This document shows, in pieces, positions 1 through 12,135 of a stretch of 64,000 bases of DNA. The position numbers and the translations under genes were made by a program. The first letter of the stretch is position 1; each line of letters opens with the position of its first letter. The DNA is taken from the NCBI GenBank assembly GCA_047495785.1, contig JBLDXI010000011.1, positions 868,001-932,000 on the forward strand, in the 5' to 3' direction. The notes below the pieces were generated by a model. It was not told the DNA's origin, searched no databases, and saw only the letters and a list, made by a program, of their open reading frames with translations. This DNA comes from Lepidodermella squamata (lineage: Eukaryota; Animalia; Gastrotricha).

Positions 1-701
1 AGACATCGGTAAATTCCCACCCGCTGTAATAATAAAACAAGCCACAACTTCTCATGCAGGGCTCATTCCAACTCTGCACTGGTACATCCACTGGTGGCTC
101 TGGTATCAGTGGAGTAGCCCTCAAGGTGTGCATTTCAACCGCTGTTGCTTGCACAAGCGCCTTCGGTAGCGGCATTACTGTATGTTTCTAAATAAATGCC
201 AATTCAATTGTCTTATTCAACTTGATGTAGCAACAAACCACAACCCCAAATGCCTACGACACGTTCTCTGCATGCTGCAATGCTGCTTCCAGCAATACAG
301 CAGCGAACCTGAAATACGAATACATCCCGGCTCTAGGAACCGGAAATCCAGCGTTAATATGCTACGTCATGACGTCTGACACGCTGCCATACAAAATCGC
401 CACTCCAGCGTCGCCGGCTAACACGAAAAAAGGTTACTGCACTCGCTTCCCATACACATCTTCCGGCACGGACGCACTTGCCTCGAGCGCTGATTTGGTT
501 TGTTAACGCGAAATTGTAACGTGCTTGTATAAATGGGACTTTTTTCAGAAACTCGCTTCCTCCCCGTTCGCTTACGCCAGTTTTACCTTGTGTTGCACCA
601 GCGTGTTTGGTGGCACCCCGGCAGGTACCAACGCATGGGGCCCGGCTGTTTCTGCCTATGGTCTTAGCTTTGAATCATGTGCCACAACATCACCGACATA
701 A
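1..701 (+). CDS. Secreted Cys/Thr-rich protein, copy 0 (5' end outside window): exons <1-8, 60-179, 231-497, 549-701
   Basis: Identical to copy A at offset -2514. Confidence 0.85.
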
Positions 702-1431
702 AAATGGCGACAGCTCAAACACCCTTGTTTTGCTGGCTTTGAACAACCTGCAAGAAGAACTGTTAATTTTGTTCATAATTCCTTGGCAAAAAAAAAACAG
801 TAAGTCTGAGCCAACAAAATGAGAGTTTATTGCTTGATCGTTGCAATGGTTTTCTACATCTGATTACTGTTTCCATTCACGTTGATGGCATTCAAGAGTT
901 GAATAAAAATTATAATCGGAAAATATATGATTCTTTGTACACAAAGATATTCTGCCGGTGCCTAAATTTGTAATTATCCGGCTTTGACTAAGGTACCGTT
1001 TGGCCCCAACTCGCTGGCTACGCCACTACCAACTCGCGCAGTAGTTCAAACATTAACATTCGGTAAAAATAAGATTCCCTTTTGGGATTCCTAGAATTTT
1101 CGATTCTATCTTTCTTGTCATAGAACGCGTGCATAACTCTTATTTACATCTCCAATTCACTTGGAACACGTGCCATAATTTGTGCGCATGAATTCCCATT
1201 GACATTTCTGATTCCTGATATTCATCAACACATAGCAAAAGGAAACCTGTATACAACCCAGGTTAGTCTTTACTATATCTGTCAATTCACAGATTTCAAA
1301 CCCTATTCGGCAACATCAATAATGACAAAAATGGCGAGATGTAGTTACCGCTCGGTAACAAATACGTTAAAGTGTTAGCTTCTGCTTCTCAGGAATGTCT
1401 TAGCTGGACGGTAAAAAGTTGAACTGATGAG

Positions 1432-1788
1432 TTGTCAAATGTTATTACTCGATCTGAAATCCAACAGCATGCTGATGATATTACCACTTATTTTGCAAGC
1501 CAGATCATCAATGAGCTTAAATCTGTCGTACAACGTGAAATGAATAGGGTTTGTCATTGGCTTCAATGCAACTCGCTAGCTGTGAACGGGAAAAACATCG
1601 CAATTTATACCGCTCAACACATCGCTAAACCCACCGCGTTTAATTTCTCGATTACAATCAACGGCACTGTTGTTCCGTCCACCGAAATCATGTCGACTCT
1701 CGGCTTCACCATCGACAATAAACTTACGCTCAAACAACCTATCAAAGGCGCGGAAAGGCCTGTTCGCGCTAAACAAGCAGTAAAATAG
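1432..1788 (+). pseudogene. Decayed non-LTR retrotransposon RT fragment (also at 3946-4299 and 9878-10231)
   Basis: QHADD (YADD-like), WLQCNSLAVN and LGFTIDNKLT motifs typical of the LINE RT C-terminal part; truncated. Confidence 0.8.
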
Positions 1789-2336
1789 CTATTTTGATGG
1801 CTAGCGGCCTGATCTTCAGCCATGTCAGTTACTGACTCAATGACCCGACTTTAGGACAGGCAACACGGACAACGTTGCATCGGCTCCGATCAACTCAAGA
1901 TCGCTCCGAGACTATGAAGTTTGAACTGTGCTGCAGTTATGTGTTTTCTTTCAATTTTCAACTACGTCGGGGTGCCCTCTCTTGGTTGTTGTAGCTCCTA
2001 AACAAATGAAAAAAATATCAGATAGTCCCTTATGCCATGACGGCTACGTAATATGGACTTTTCTTTTCAAGGATTTTGAACAAGAGAAGTAACGAACGTC
2101 CAAAAGACGTTTTCCATTCAGTTGAATGCAACGTCTTCAAAGTAATGTTAGAGTTAAGTGGGTTAGACTCTACTTGACAAGGTGGTCAAGTATGTCCGAT
2201 CATAGGAGAAGCCTTGCTCGATTGGTGAAACCTTATCGGACAGCGTATAGATTCGAGGTCTGCGGCGACTGGAGAATTCAAAAAAAGGCCGGCATTCGAG
2301 ATTTATCTTATTAGTTCCCATTTTTTTTATCTCAAC

Positions 2337-3215
2337 ATGGCCGTTCTCTTTGCGTTGCTTGCCGCCGCCGCCCTGTTTACCAGTTGTTTAGGCTGTCCAG
2401 CATCAACAACTACAACGCCTTGTCCGACTACTGCATCCGGATCAACAACATGCTCTTCTGGTAGCACTTGTGTTTCGTCAAGCAATGTTTGCAGTGACAC
2501 CACAAAAACATGCCAGACATCGGTAAATTCCCACCCGCTGTAATAATAAAACAAGCCACAACTTCTCATGCAGGGCTCATTCCAACTCTGCACTGGTACA
2601 TCCACTGGTGGCTCTGGTATCAGTGGAGTAGCCCTCAAGGTGTGCATTTCAACCGCTGTTGCTTGCACAAGCGCCTTCGGTAGCGGCATTACTGTATGTT
2701 TCTAAATAAATGCCAATTCAATTGTCTTATTCAACTTGATGTAGCAACAAACCACAACCCCAAATGCCTACGACACGTTCTCTGCATGCTGCAATGCTGC
2801 TTCCAGCAATACAGCAGCGAACCTGAAATACGAATACATCCCGGCTCTAGGAACCGGAAATCCAGCGTTAATATGCTACGTCATGACGTCTGACACGCTG
2901 CCATACAAAATCGCCACTCCAGCGTCGCCGGCTAACACGAAAAAAGGTTACTGCACTCGCTTCCCATACACATCTTCCGGCACGGACGCACTTGCCTCGA
3001 GCGCTGATTTGGTTTGTTAACGCGAAATTGTAACGTGCTTGTATAAATGGGACTTTTTTCAGAAACTCGCTTCCTCCCCGTTCGCTTACGCCAGTTTTAC
3101 CTTGTGTTGCACCAGCGTGTTTGGTGGCACCCCGGCAGGTACCAACGCATGGGGCCCGGCTGTTTCTGCCTATGGTCTTAGCTTTGAATCATGTGCCACA
3201 ACATCACCGACATAA
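2337..3215 (+). CDS. Secreted Cys/Thr/Ser-rich protein, 241 aa, copy A: exons 2337-2522, 2574-2693, 2745-3011, 3063-3215
   Basis: Hydrophobic signal peptide MAVLFALLAAAALFTSCLG. Three GT..AG introns give one open frame ending ...SFESCATTSPT*. Paralog differences are mostly synonymous in this frame. 16 Cys after the signal peptide. Confidence 0.9.
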
Positions 3216-4852
3216 AAATGGCGACAGCTCAAACACCCTTGTTTTGCTGGCTTTGAACAACCTGCAAGAAGAACTGTTAATTTTGTTCATAATTCCTTGG
3301 CAAAAAAAAAACAGTAAGTCTGAGCCAACAAAATGAGAGTTTATTGCTTGATCGTTGCAATGGTTTTCTACATCTGATTACTGTTTCCATTCACGTTGAT
3401 GGCATTCAAGAGTTGAATAAAAATTATAATCGGAAAATATATGATTCTTTGTACACAAAGATATTCTGCCGGTGCCTAAATTTGTAATTATCCGGCTTTG
3501 ACTAAGGTACCGTTTGGCCCCAACTCGCTGGCTACGCCACTACCAACTCGCGCAGTAGTTCAAACATTAACATTCGGTAAAAATAAGATTCCCTTTTGGG
3601 ATTCCTAGAATTTTCGATTCTATCTTTCTTGTCATAGAACGCGTGCATAACTCTTATTTACATCTCCAATTCACTTGGAACACGTGCCATAATTTGTGCG
3701 CATGAATTCCCATTGACATTTCTGATTCCTGATATTCATCAACACATAGCAAAAGGAAACCTGTATACAACCCAGGTTAGTCTTTACTATATCTGTCAAT
3801 TCACAGATTTCAAACCCTATTCGGCAACATCAATAATGACAAAAATGGCGAGATGTAGTTACCGCTCGGTAACAAATACGTTAAAGTGTTAGCTTCTGCT
3901 TCTCAGGAATGTCTTAGCTGGACGGTAAAAAGTTGAACTGATGAGTTGTCAAATGTTATTACTCGATCTGAAATCCAACAGCATGCTGATGATATTACCA
4001 CTTATTTTGCAAGCCAGATCATCAATGAGCTTAAATCTGTCGTACAACGTGAAATGAATAGGGTTTGTCATTGGCTTCAATGCAACTCGCTAGCTGTGAA
4101 CGGGAAAAACATCGCAATTTATACCGCTCAACACATCGCTAAACCCACCGCGTTTAATTTCTCGATTACAATCAACGGCACTGTTGTTCCGTCCACCGAA
4201 ATCATGTCGACTCTCGGCTTCACCATCGACAATAAACTTACGCTCAAACAACCTATCAAAGGCGCGGAAAGGCCCCTGTTCGCGCTAAACAAGCAGTAAA
4301 ATAGCTATTTTGATGGCTAGCGGCCTGATCTTCAGCCATGTCAGTTACTGACTCAATGACCCGACTTTAGGACAGGCAACACGGACAACGTTGCATCGGC
4401 TCCGATCAACTCAAGATCGCTCCGAGACTATGAAGTTTGAACTGTGCTGCAGTTATGTGTTTTCTTTCAATTTTCAACTACGTCGGGGTGCCCTCTCTTG
4501 GTTGTTGTAGCTCCTAAACAAATGAAAAAAATATCAGATAGTCCCTTATGCCATGACGGCTACGTAATATGGACTTTTCTTTTCAAGGATTTTGAACAAG
4601 AGAAGTAACGAACGTCCAAAAGACGTTTTCCATTCAGTTGAATGCAACGTCTTCAAAGTAATGTTAGAGTTAAGTGGGTTAGACTCTACTTGACAAGGTG
4701 GTCAAGTATGTCCGATCATAGGAGAAGCCTTGCTCGATTGGTGAAACCTTATCGGACAGCGTATAGATTCGAGGTCTGCGGCGACTGGAGAATTCAAAAA
4801 AAGGCCGGCATTCGAGATTTATCTTATTAGTTCCCATTTTTTTTATCTCAAC

Positions 4853-5731
4853 ATGGCCGTTCTCTTTGCGTTGCTTGCCGCCGCCGCCCTGTTTACCAGT
4901 TGTTTAGGCTGTCCAGCATCAACAACTACAACGCCTTGTCCGACTACTGCATCCGGATCAACAACATGCTCTTCTGGTAGCACTTGTGTTTCGTCAAGCA
5001 ATGTTTGCAGTGACACCACAAAAACATGCCAGACATCGGTAAATTCCCACCCGCTGTAATAATAAAACAAGCCACAACTTCTCATGCAGGGCTCATTCCA
5101 ACTCTGCACTGGTACATCCACTGGTGGCTCTGGTATCAGTGGAGTAGCCCTCAAGGTGTGCATTTCAACCGCTGTTGCTTGCACAAGCGCCTTCGGTAGC
5201 GGCATTACTGTATGTTTCTAAATAAATGCCAATTCAATTGTCTTATTCAACTTGATGTAGCAACAAACCACAACCCCAAATGCCTACGACACGTTCTCTG
5301 CATGCTGCAATGCTGCTTCCAGCAATACAGCAGCGAACCTGAAATACGAATACATCCCGGCTCTAGGAACCGGAAATCCAGCGTTAATATGCTACGTCAT
5401 GACGTCTGACACGCTGCCATACAAAATCGCCACTCCAGCGTCGCCGGCTAACACGAAAAAAGGTTACTGCACTCGCTTCCCATACACATCTTCCGGCACG
5501 GACGCACTTGCCTCGAGCGCTGATTTGGTTTGTTAACGCGAAATTGTAACGTGCTTGTATAAATGGGACTTTTTTCAGAAACTCGCTTCCTCCCCGTTCG
5601 CTTACGCCAGTTTTACCTTGTGTTGCACCAGCGTGTTTGGTGGCACCCCGGCAGGTACCAACGCATGGGGCCCGGCTGTTTCTGCCTATGGTCTTAGCTT
5701 TGAATCATGTGCCACAACATCACCGACATAA
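4853..5731 (+). CDS. Secreted Cys/Thr-rich protein, copy B (4 exons)
   Basis: Identical to copy A at offset +2516. Confidence 0.9.
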
Positions 5732-6440
5732 AAATGGCGACAGCTCAAACACCCTTGTTTTGCTGGCTTTGAACAACCTGCAAGAAGAACTGTTAATTTT
5801 GTTCATAATTCCTTGGCAAAAAAAACAGTAAGTCTGAGCCAACAAAATGAGAGTTTATTGCTTGATCGTTGCAATGGTTTTCTACATCTGATTACTGTTT
5901 CCATTCACGTTGATGGCATTCAAGAGTTGAATAAAAATTATAATCGGAAAATATATGATTCTTTGTACACAAAGATATTCTGCCGGTGCCTAAATTTGTA
6001 ATTATCCGGCTTTGACTAAGGTACCGTTTGGCCCCAACTCGCTGGCTACGCCACTACCAACTCCATTGTAGTCCGGCTTTGCAGGGTCAAAGTCCATTTT
6101 ATTCATCACGTGTGTTTTTATCGTTTATATAATGTGCCACTGGTGGTGCGGTCGTGAGGTGGCGAGGTGGTATTTTTTTGTACTCTTGCCTCACTGTTGT
6201 CAAATGATTTACGCCATTTATGCACAATAATAATCGCGCCTTGCCGTATGTGTACCATAAAAGTCCGCCCCACATTCATACTGACCTGAGCTATCGCAAA
6301 TGATAATGGGCTTTTATAATCAAAACAACGCAAGTCGCGTCTTATAATTACCCCTGATGTGACACAAAAAGCAGTTGCGACGACAGGAATACGATATATA
6401 TGATATAAAATGGGTAAACTGTGTGTTTTCGTTTTGTAAA

Positions 6441-8411
6441 ATGCCCGCTGCTTACAGTTTTGAGGTGAGCGTTGACTTGGACTCGATAAAGCACCGTTTG
6501 GAGCGGATGCCAGCTTCGATTACTGATGTGCAGATTCGTACTCGTAGAGCGCGAGCTGAATTGGCGCAGACTCTTGCTTTGAAGACGCTACCTTCTACAT
6601 GGCCATTTTCGCAGATAATGAATGGGGCCATTATAAAATCGGCCAAATTAACCATCGAGTATGATGACATTGGGGTTGTGGAAATCGAAGTACCCAGCGA
6701 AAAGCCAGCTAAATCTAGGGAAAGCGCAAACAATCGTGCTAAAAGGTTATAGAAATTGTCAAGTTATCGAATTTTATTAAATATTTTTTACTCTAGTCTC
6801 GTGATTCTGGGATTGCGTTACGGAATTAACGCCAGCAAGTTGCTAGCAATGCGTCGTTCCATTGGTTTCGAGTCAGTGTCAAAAGATTTATTCTATAAAG
6901 TTAGGAACGAGCTGGCTGTTTTGCACCCTATAAGCACGATAAGCGACGGAAAGGCGGCTTTCCGATCGGTATTTTCGCTTGCCAGTACTTGGGCCCGTAA
7001 AGGTGAGTTGAAACCGTCGGTCACTAACGACATTCGACTCCAGGTATAAATAAATTAAAATTCGAGGTAGAATTGAAACTTTATGAGTAACTGTTTAAGG
7101 TGGATGGGATGGCGAGCCGGACGAATTACGCTGACCCCCTTGTCACCGCCTATGTCTGTGTGGCGAGCAGGAAAAGGAAAGCCGGGATCGATAATGAAGA
7201 CCAATTGGCTGTCTATAATGATAACGAGTCAGCGGGTAATTTTCGAGAATATTTACAACCCCCTGTCGACGAGCTTGTAAAACTGGTCGAGCAAGGCATA
7301 ACAGTCGACGGAAAAAGCTACAGTTTCAGACTGCTGACCTGCTGTGATTACCCGGCGCTGGTAAAAATATTTGGCTGTGGTCATCAGTCGAGTGAAAATC
7401 GTTGTGTTATTTGCGAGATGAGCGTCCGAAACCCAACTTTGCCAGCTAAAAGACGCAAGTTCGATGAATATTCGGCCGAAATGGCTGGGAAGCTGGGGTG
7501 GTCGGAAGATTTCGGGCCTATGATTCGGCAAAGCGAGGACAAATTGCTGATAATACCGGACTTCTTCCATCTTCAAGTCAATATTGCGAAACCACTGATT
7601 ACCCAGGTTAGCATAGCAAGCGGAAAACTCTTCGAAAAGACATTTCATCCGAAAAATAACTTTAGGTTCTCGGAAAGTTGAGAGCGTTCAGTCAACGCGA
7701 AGCAATCAAAAAAGTCATCGAATTCTTGAAGATTGGGTCGAAATACAAATCATCAGCGGCTTCTTCAAGACGGATCAAGCGAACTCCGAAAAACTCGAAG
7801 CTGTCTATTGACGTCCGCCGAACTTTGAAGGGGAAAGTCAAAGTCAGCATTAAAAATTCGAATCACTACGGCGTTGTTCAGGTAGAATTGTGGTAGAGTG
7901 AAAATAAAACTTAATTTTGGATTTAAAATTTCAGGCATTTAAGCGATTTACTGAACATATGAGCCAAAATTCGTTGACTGATGCGTTTTTCTTGCCAAAA
8001 AATTGGCAGAGAAAGAAAGTTTTCCGAAAAGTGAAGTCATCTGCCCGAATCAAAGAAAACGACTTTCTTACTTCTTTAGCCGGTCTTCGGAAGCTTTGCA
8101 TCGCATCATGTGCCGCGTTTGACGATATCAAGGAAAATCGGAAAAAAGGAAAGGGCAAGTTCTTTATGCCGCGTTATGCATCGCTCTGGAAGACGCATGT
8201 TGGTCCTGTCACGTCATACGCACATCTCCTTTCGAGCCACACATACGAGCTGTTGAAACGAAATATTAATCTGGCCGCTTTGTCCGCTGAAAGCATCGAA
8301 CTACTCATCAAAGAGCTGCGCGCAACAGTTAGCAGTCAAACTTCTAATTTCTGGCCGTTGTCTTCTCAGCTCATGAGAATTCAGAACATGAAAGACAATC
8401 TGAAAATTTGA
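6441..8411 (+). CDS. RAG1/Transib-like DDE transposase, ~583 aa: exons 6441-6745, 6797-7043, 7100-7606, 7666-7881, 7935-8411
   Basis: Spliced frame is open. Motifs VDGM, CDY..L....G.......CxxC, PDFFH and TSYAHLLSSH..E...R.....A...ESIE...K..R resemble the RAG1/Transib catalytic and Zn-binding motifs. Confidence 0.85.
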
Positions 8412-8545
8412 TACTTCAATTTTGTCAGCTTTACTTCTCATTTCAAGTTTTAATTTTTAAAAGTAAAATTCGAAAATGTAGAAAGAATGTTTTTTATTCA
8501 GCCTCTACTCTTGAACTCATCATCATCAGATAGCACGGCAAAATT

Positions 8546-9276
8546 TCATCTTTTCGTGTACACATACTCATCTCGAGCTCGATCGAAATGCAATTCATAT
8601 TTATCTTGTGCGGACCAGACGAAAGAAAAAAGCCCGGCTCGGCAGAGCTCATCGAGTTTCGAAATTTGCCGGCAGATTGCGTTTTGGCTTCTGCCAAGTT
8701 CAGCATCAAGGTTTTTATCGGACAGAGTAATCCGCATCCAGAATTTTAATAAGCTTTTGGGAGCAGTCGCCAATTTACCGCGTTTCGTGTAGAAGGCGAA
8801 CACATGTCGCAATCGATTCCGGTCGCTAAAGGTCCACTCAACGCGTGAATTCGCGGCGTGAACTATATAAATTCGGACTATTTAGGACTCTCAGTGTCAA
8901 GCATTTCCAGATACTAACCTTTGTCAAACCGCTTTGACACCGCCCTGATGTAGTTCCAAGAGCCATAACTTGCCGTAGAAACCGAAGAGTCGAGCGTTGT
9001 ATCGCTGATTTCGATGGGCTCGATTTGCTCGGCTTGATGCGCGCCTGCTTGTTCCTGCTGTCCAAATTCCTCATGAAGAAACGATTCATCGCCTTCATTT
9101 TCCGATAAACCGGTTTCAGACTGCTGATTATTTTTCGATTTGGCGAACATTGATCGAATATCGGCCTGTTTTTCAAAGCGATTGTGCTGTTGTTGCTGAT
9201 GATGAGCAGCTCTGCGCTCACTCCTGCGCTGCCTTTTTCGCCGATTGCGTGATCGCGATTTCGCAGTTTCACTCAT
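8546..9276 (-). CDS. Convergent accessory gene of the RAG1-like element, ~224 aa: exons 9276-8919, 8862-8546
   Basis: A 56-nt GT..AG intron joins two ORF-track frames. Arg-rich NLS-like N-terminus, acidic/Gln linker, probable helical C-domain; no family recognised. Confidence 0.7.
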
Positions 9277-10784
9277 TTTATTCAGATGAATTTCGCAAAT
9301 AGCTCGAAAAACGAATGGCTTTACGACTGATAAAAATAACAAGTGAACGACTGCACGACCTCACCACTGCACCACCAGCGCGCATATAGCTAAACATAAG
9401 ACTACTACACACATGATATATAGCAATAATAATTGCACATGAATCATCTAGGTCACTCTGCAAAACCCGGACTTGTATGTCGCGCAGTAGTTCAAACATT
9501 AACATTCGGTAAAAATAAGATTCCCTTTTGGGATTCCTAGAATTTTCGATTCTATCTTTCTTGTCATAGAACGCGTGCATAACTCTTATTTACATCTCCA
9601 ATTCACTTGGAACACGTGCCATAATTTGTGCGCATGAATTCCCATTGACATTTCTGATTCCTGATATTCATCAACACATAGCAAAAGGAAACCTGTATAC
9701 AACCCAGGTTAGTCTTTACTATATCTGTCAATTCACAGATTTCAAACCCTATTCGGCAACATCAATAATGACAAAAATGGCGAGATGTAGTTACCGCTCG
9801 GTAACAAATACGTTAAAGTGTTAGCTTCTGCTTCTCAGGAATGTCTTAGCTGGACGGTAAAAAGTTGAACTGATGAGTTGTCAAATGTTATTACTCGATC
9901 TGAAATCCAACAGCATGCTGATGATATTACCACTTATTTTGCAAGCCAGATCATCAATGAGCTTAAATCTGTCGTACAACGTGAAATGAATAGGGTTTGT
10001 CATTGGCTTCAATGCAACTCGCTAGCTGTGAACGGGAAAAACATCGCAATTTATACCGCTCAACACATCGCTAAACCCACCGCGTTTAATTTCTCGATTA
10101 CAATCAACGGCACTGTTGTTCCGTCCACCGAAATCATGTCGACTCTCGGCTTCACCATCGACAATAAACTTACGCTCAAACAACCTATCAAAGGCGCGGA
10201 AAGGCCCCTGTTCGCGCTAAACAAGCAGTAAAATAGCTATTTTGATGGCTAGCGGCCTGATCTTCAGCCATGTCAGTTACTGACTCAATGACCCGACTTT
10301 AGGACAGGCAACACGGACAACGTTGCATCGGCTCCGATCAACTCAAGATCGCTCCGAGACTATGAAGTTTGAACTGTGCTGCAGTTATGTGTTTTCTTTC
10401 AATTTTCAACTACGTCGGGGTGCCCTCTCTTGGTTGTTGTAGCTCCTAAACAAATGAAAAAAATATCAGATAGTCCCTTATGCCATGACGGCTACGTAAT
10501 ATGGACTTTTCTTTTCAAGGATTTTGAACAAGAGAAGTAACGAACGTCCAAAAGACGTTTTCCATTCAGTTGAATGCAACGTCTTCAAAGTAATGTTAGA
10601 GTTAAGTGGGTTAGACTCTACTTGACAAGGTGGTCAAGTATGTCCGATCATAGGAGAAGCCTTGCTCGATTGGTGAAACCTTATCGGACAGCGTATAGAT
10701 TCGAGGTCTGCGGCGACTGGAGAATTCAAAAAAAGGCCGGCATTCGAGATTTATCTTATTAGTTCCCATTTTTTTTATCTCAAC

Positions 10785-11663
10785 ATGGCCGTTCTCTTTG
10801 CGTTGCTTGCCGCCGCCGCCCTGTTTACCAGTTGTTTAGGCTGTCCAGCATCAACAACTACAACGCCTTGTCCGACTACTGCATCCGGATCAACAACATG
10901 CTCTTCTGGTAGCACTTGTGTTTCGTCAAGCAATGTTTGCAGTGACACCACAAAAACATGCCAGACATCGGTAAATTCCCACCCGCTGTAATAATAAAAC
11001 AAGCCACAACTTCTCATGCAGGGCTCATTCCAACTCTGCACTGGTACATCCACTGGTGGCTCTGGTATCAGTGGAGTAGCCCTCAAGGTGTGCATTTCAA
11101 CCGCTGTTGCTTGCACAAGCGCCTTCGGTAGCGGCATTACTGTATGTTTCTAAATAAATGCCAATTCAATTGTCTTATTCAACTTGATGTAGCAACAAAC
11201 CACAACCCCAAATGCCTACGACACGTTCTCTGCATGCTGCAATGCTGCTTCCAGCAATACAGCAGCGAACCTTAAATACGAATACATCCCGGCTCTAGGA
11301 ACCGGAAATCCAGCGTTAATATGCTACGTCATGACGTCTGACACGCTGCCATACAAAATCGCCACTCCAGCGTCGCCGGCTAACACGAAAAAAGGTTACT
11401 GCACTCGCTTCCCATACACATCTTCCGGCACGGACGCACTTGCCTCGAGCGCTGATTTGGTTTGTTAACGCGAAATTGTAACGTGCTTGTATAAATGGGA
11501 CTTTTTTCAGAAACTCGCTTCCTCCCCGTTCGCTTACGCCAGTTTTACCTTGTGTTGCACCAGCGTGTTTGGTGGCACCCCGGCAGGTACCAACGCATGG
11601 GGCCCGGCTGTTTCTGCCTATGGTCTTAGCTTTGAATCATGTGCCACAACATCACCGACATAA
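10785..11663 (+). CDS. Secreted Cys/Thr-rich protein, copy C (4 exons)
   Basis: Copy A at offset +8448. A CTG>CTT change (~11273) is synonymous in the spliced model but puts a stop in the overlapping 65-aa ORF. Confidence 0.9.
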
Positions 11664-11942
11664 AAATGGCGACAGCTCAAACACCCTTGTTTTGCTGGCT
11701 TTGAACAACCTGCAAGAAGAACTGTTAATTTTGTTCATAATTCCTTGGCAAAAAAAACAGTAAGTCTGAGCCAACAAAATGAGAGTTTATTGCTTGATCG
11801 TTGCAATGGTTTTCTACATCTGATTACTGTTTCCATTCACGTTGATGGCATTCAAGAGTTGAATAAAAATTATAATCGGAAAATATATGATTCTTTGTAC
11901 ACAAAGATATTCTGCCGGTGCCTAAATTTGTAATTATCCCCT

Positions 11943-12135
11943 TTAATTTTCCCCTTTTTCGCGTACATTGACTTGTCCATCGACTTGGGTCTTCAACAGC
12001 CGCGGGACATTTTCTAAATTTTTTTCGTAATCTTGCATGTCTAATTTAATAACTGCCGTTGAAGCATAAAATGCAACAAATGCAACAAATGCAATGAAAG
12101 CAACTAAAGCAGTTTCCATTACGACCTGGTAATCT
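11943..12135 (-). CDS. Possible terminal exon encoding a transmembrane helix
   Basis: Acceptor-like TTTCAAACAG then ...TALVAFIAFVAFVAFYASTAVI...; upstream exons not identified. Confidence 0.25.

Larger units (their letters stand above)
6064..9479 (+). mobile_element. 3416-bp DNA transposon with RAG1/Transib-like transposase, imperfect TIRs (CAT...ATG), 2-bp TSD TC
   Basis: Empty site in other units is AAC-TC-GCGCAG. Here it reads AAC-TC-[CATTGTAGTCCGGCTTTGCAG...CTGCAAAACCCGGACTTGTATG]-TC-GCGCAG. Confidence 0.95.
1..11939 (+). repeat. Tandem array of ~2514-2516-bp units, each with the secreted Cys-rich gene and a decayed RT fragment; third unit interrupted by a transposon
   Basis: Identical ORFs recur at offsets 2514, 2516 and 5932 (=2514+3418). 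The differences I found are an A-run length, a CC indel near 1760/4274 and one substitution at ~11273. Identity to the unit ends at ~11939. Confidence 0.98.

Noticed and set aside
182-822. ORF-track products of 65 and 71 aa, and the antisense 120-aa ORFs, in each repeat unit
   Set aside because: Alternative frames over the spliced gene. They are broken in copies C and D by changes that leave the spliced frame intact.
8546-9276. RAG2-like gene
   Set aside because: The position fits ProtoRAG, but the product is too short and shows no kelch repeats or PHD Cys/His pattern.
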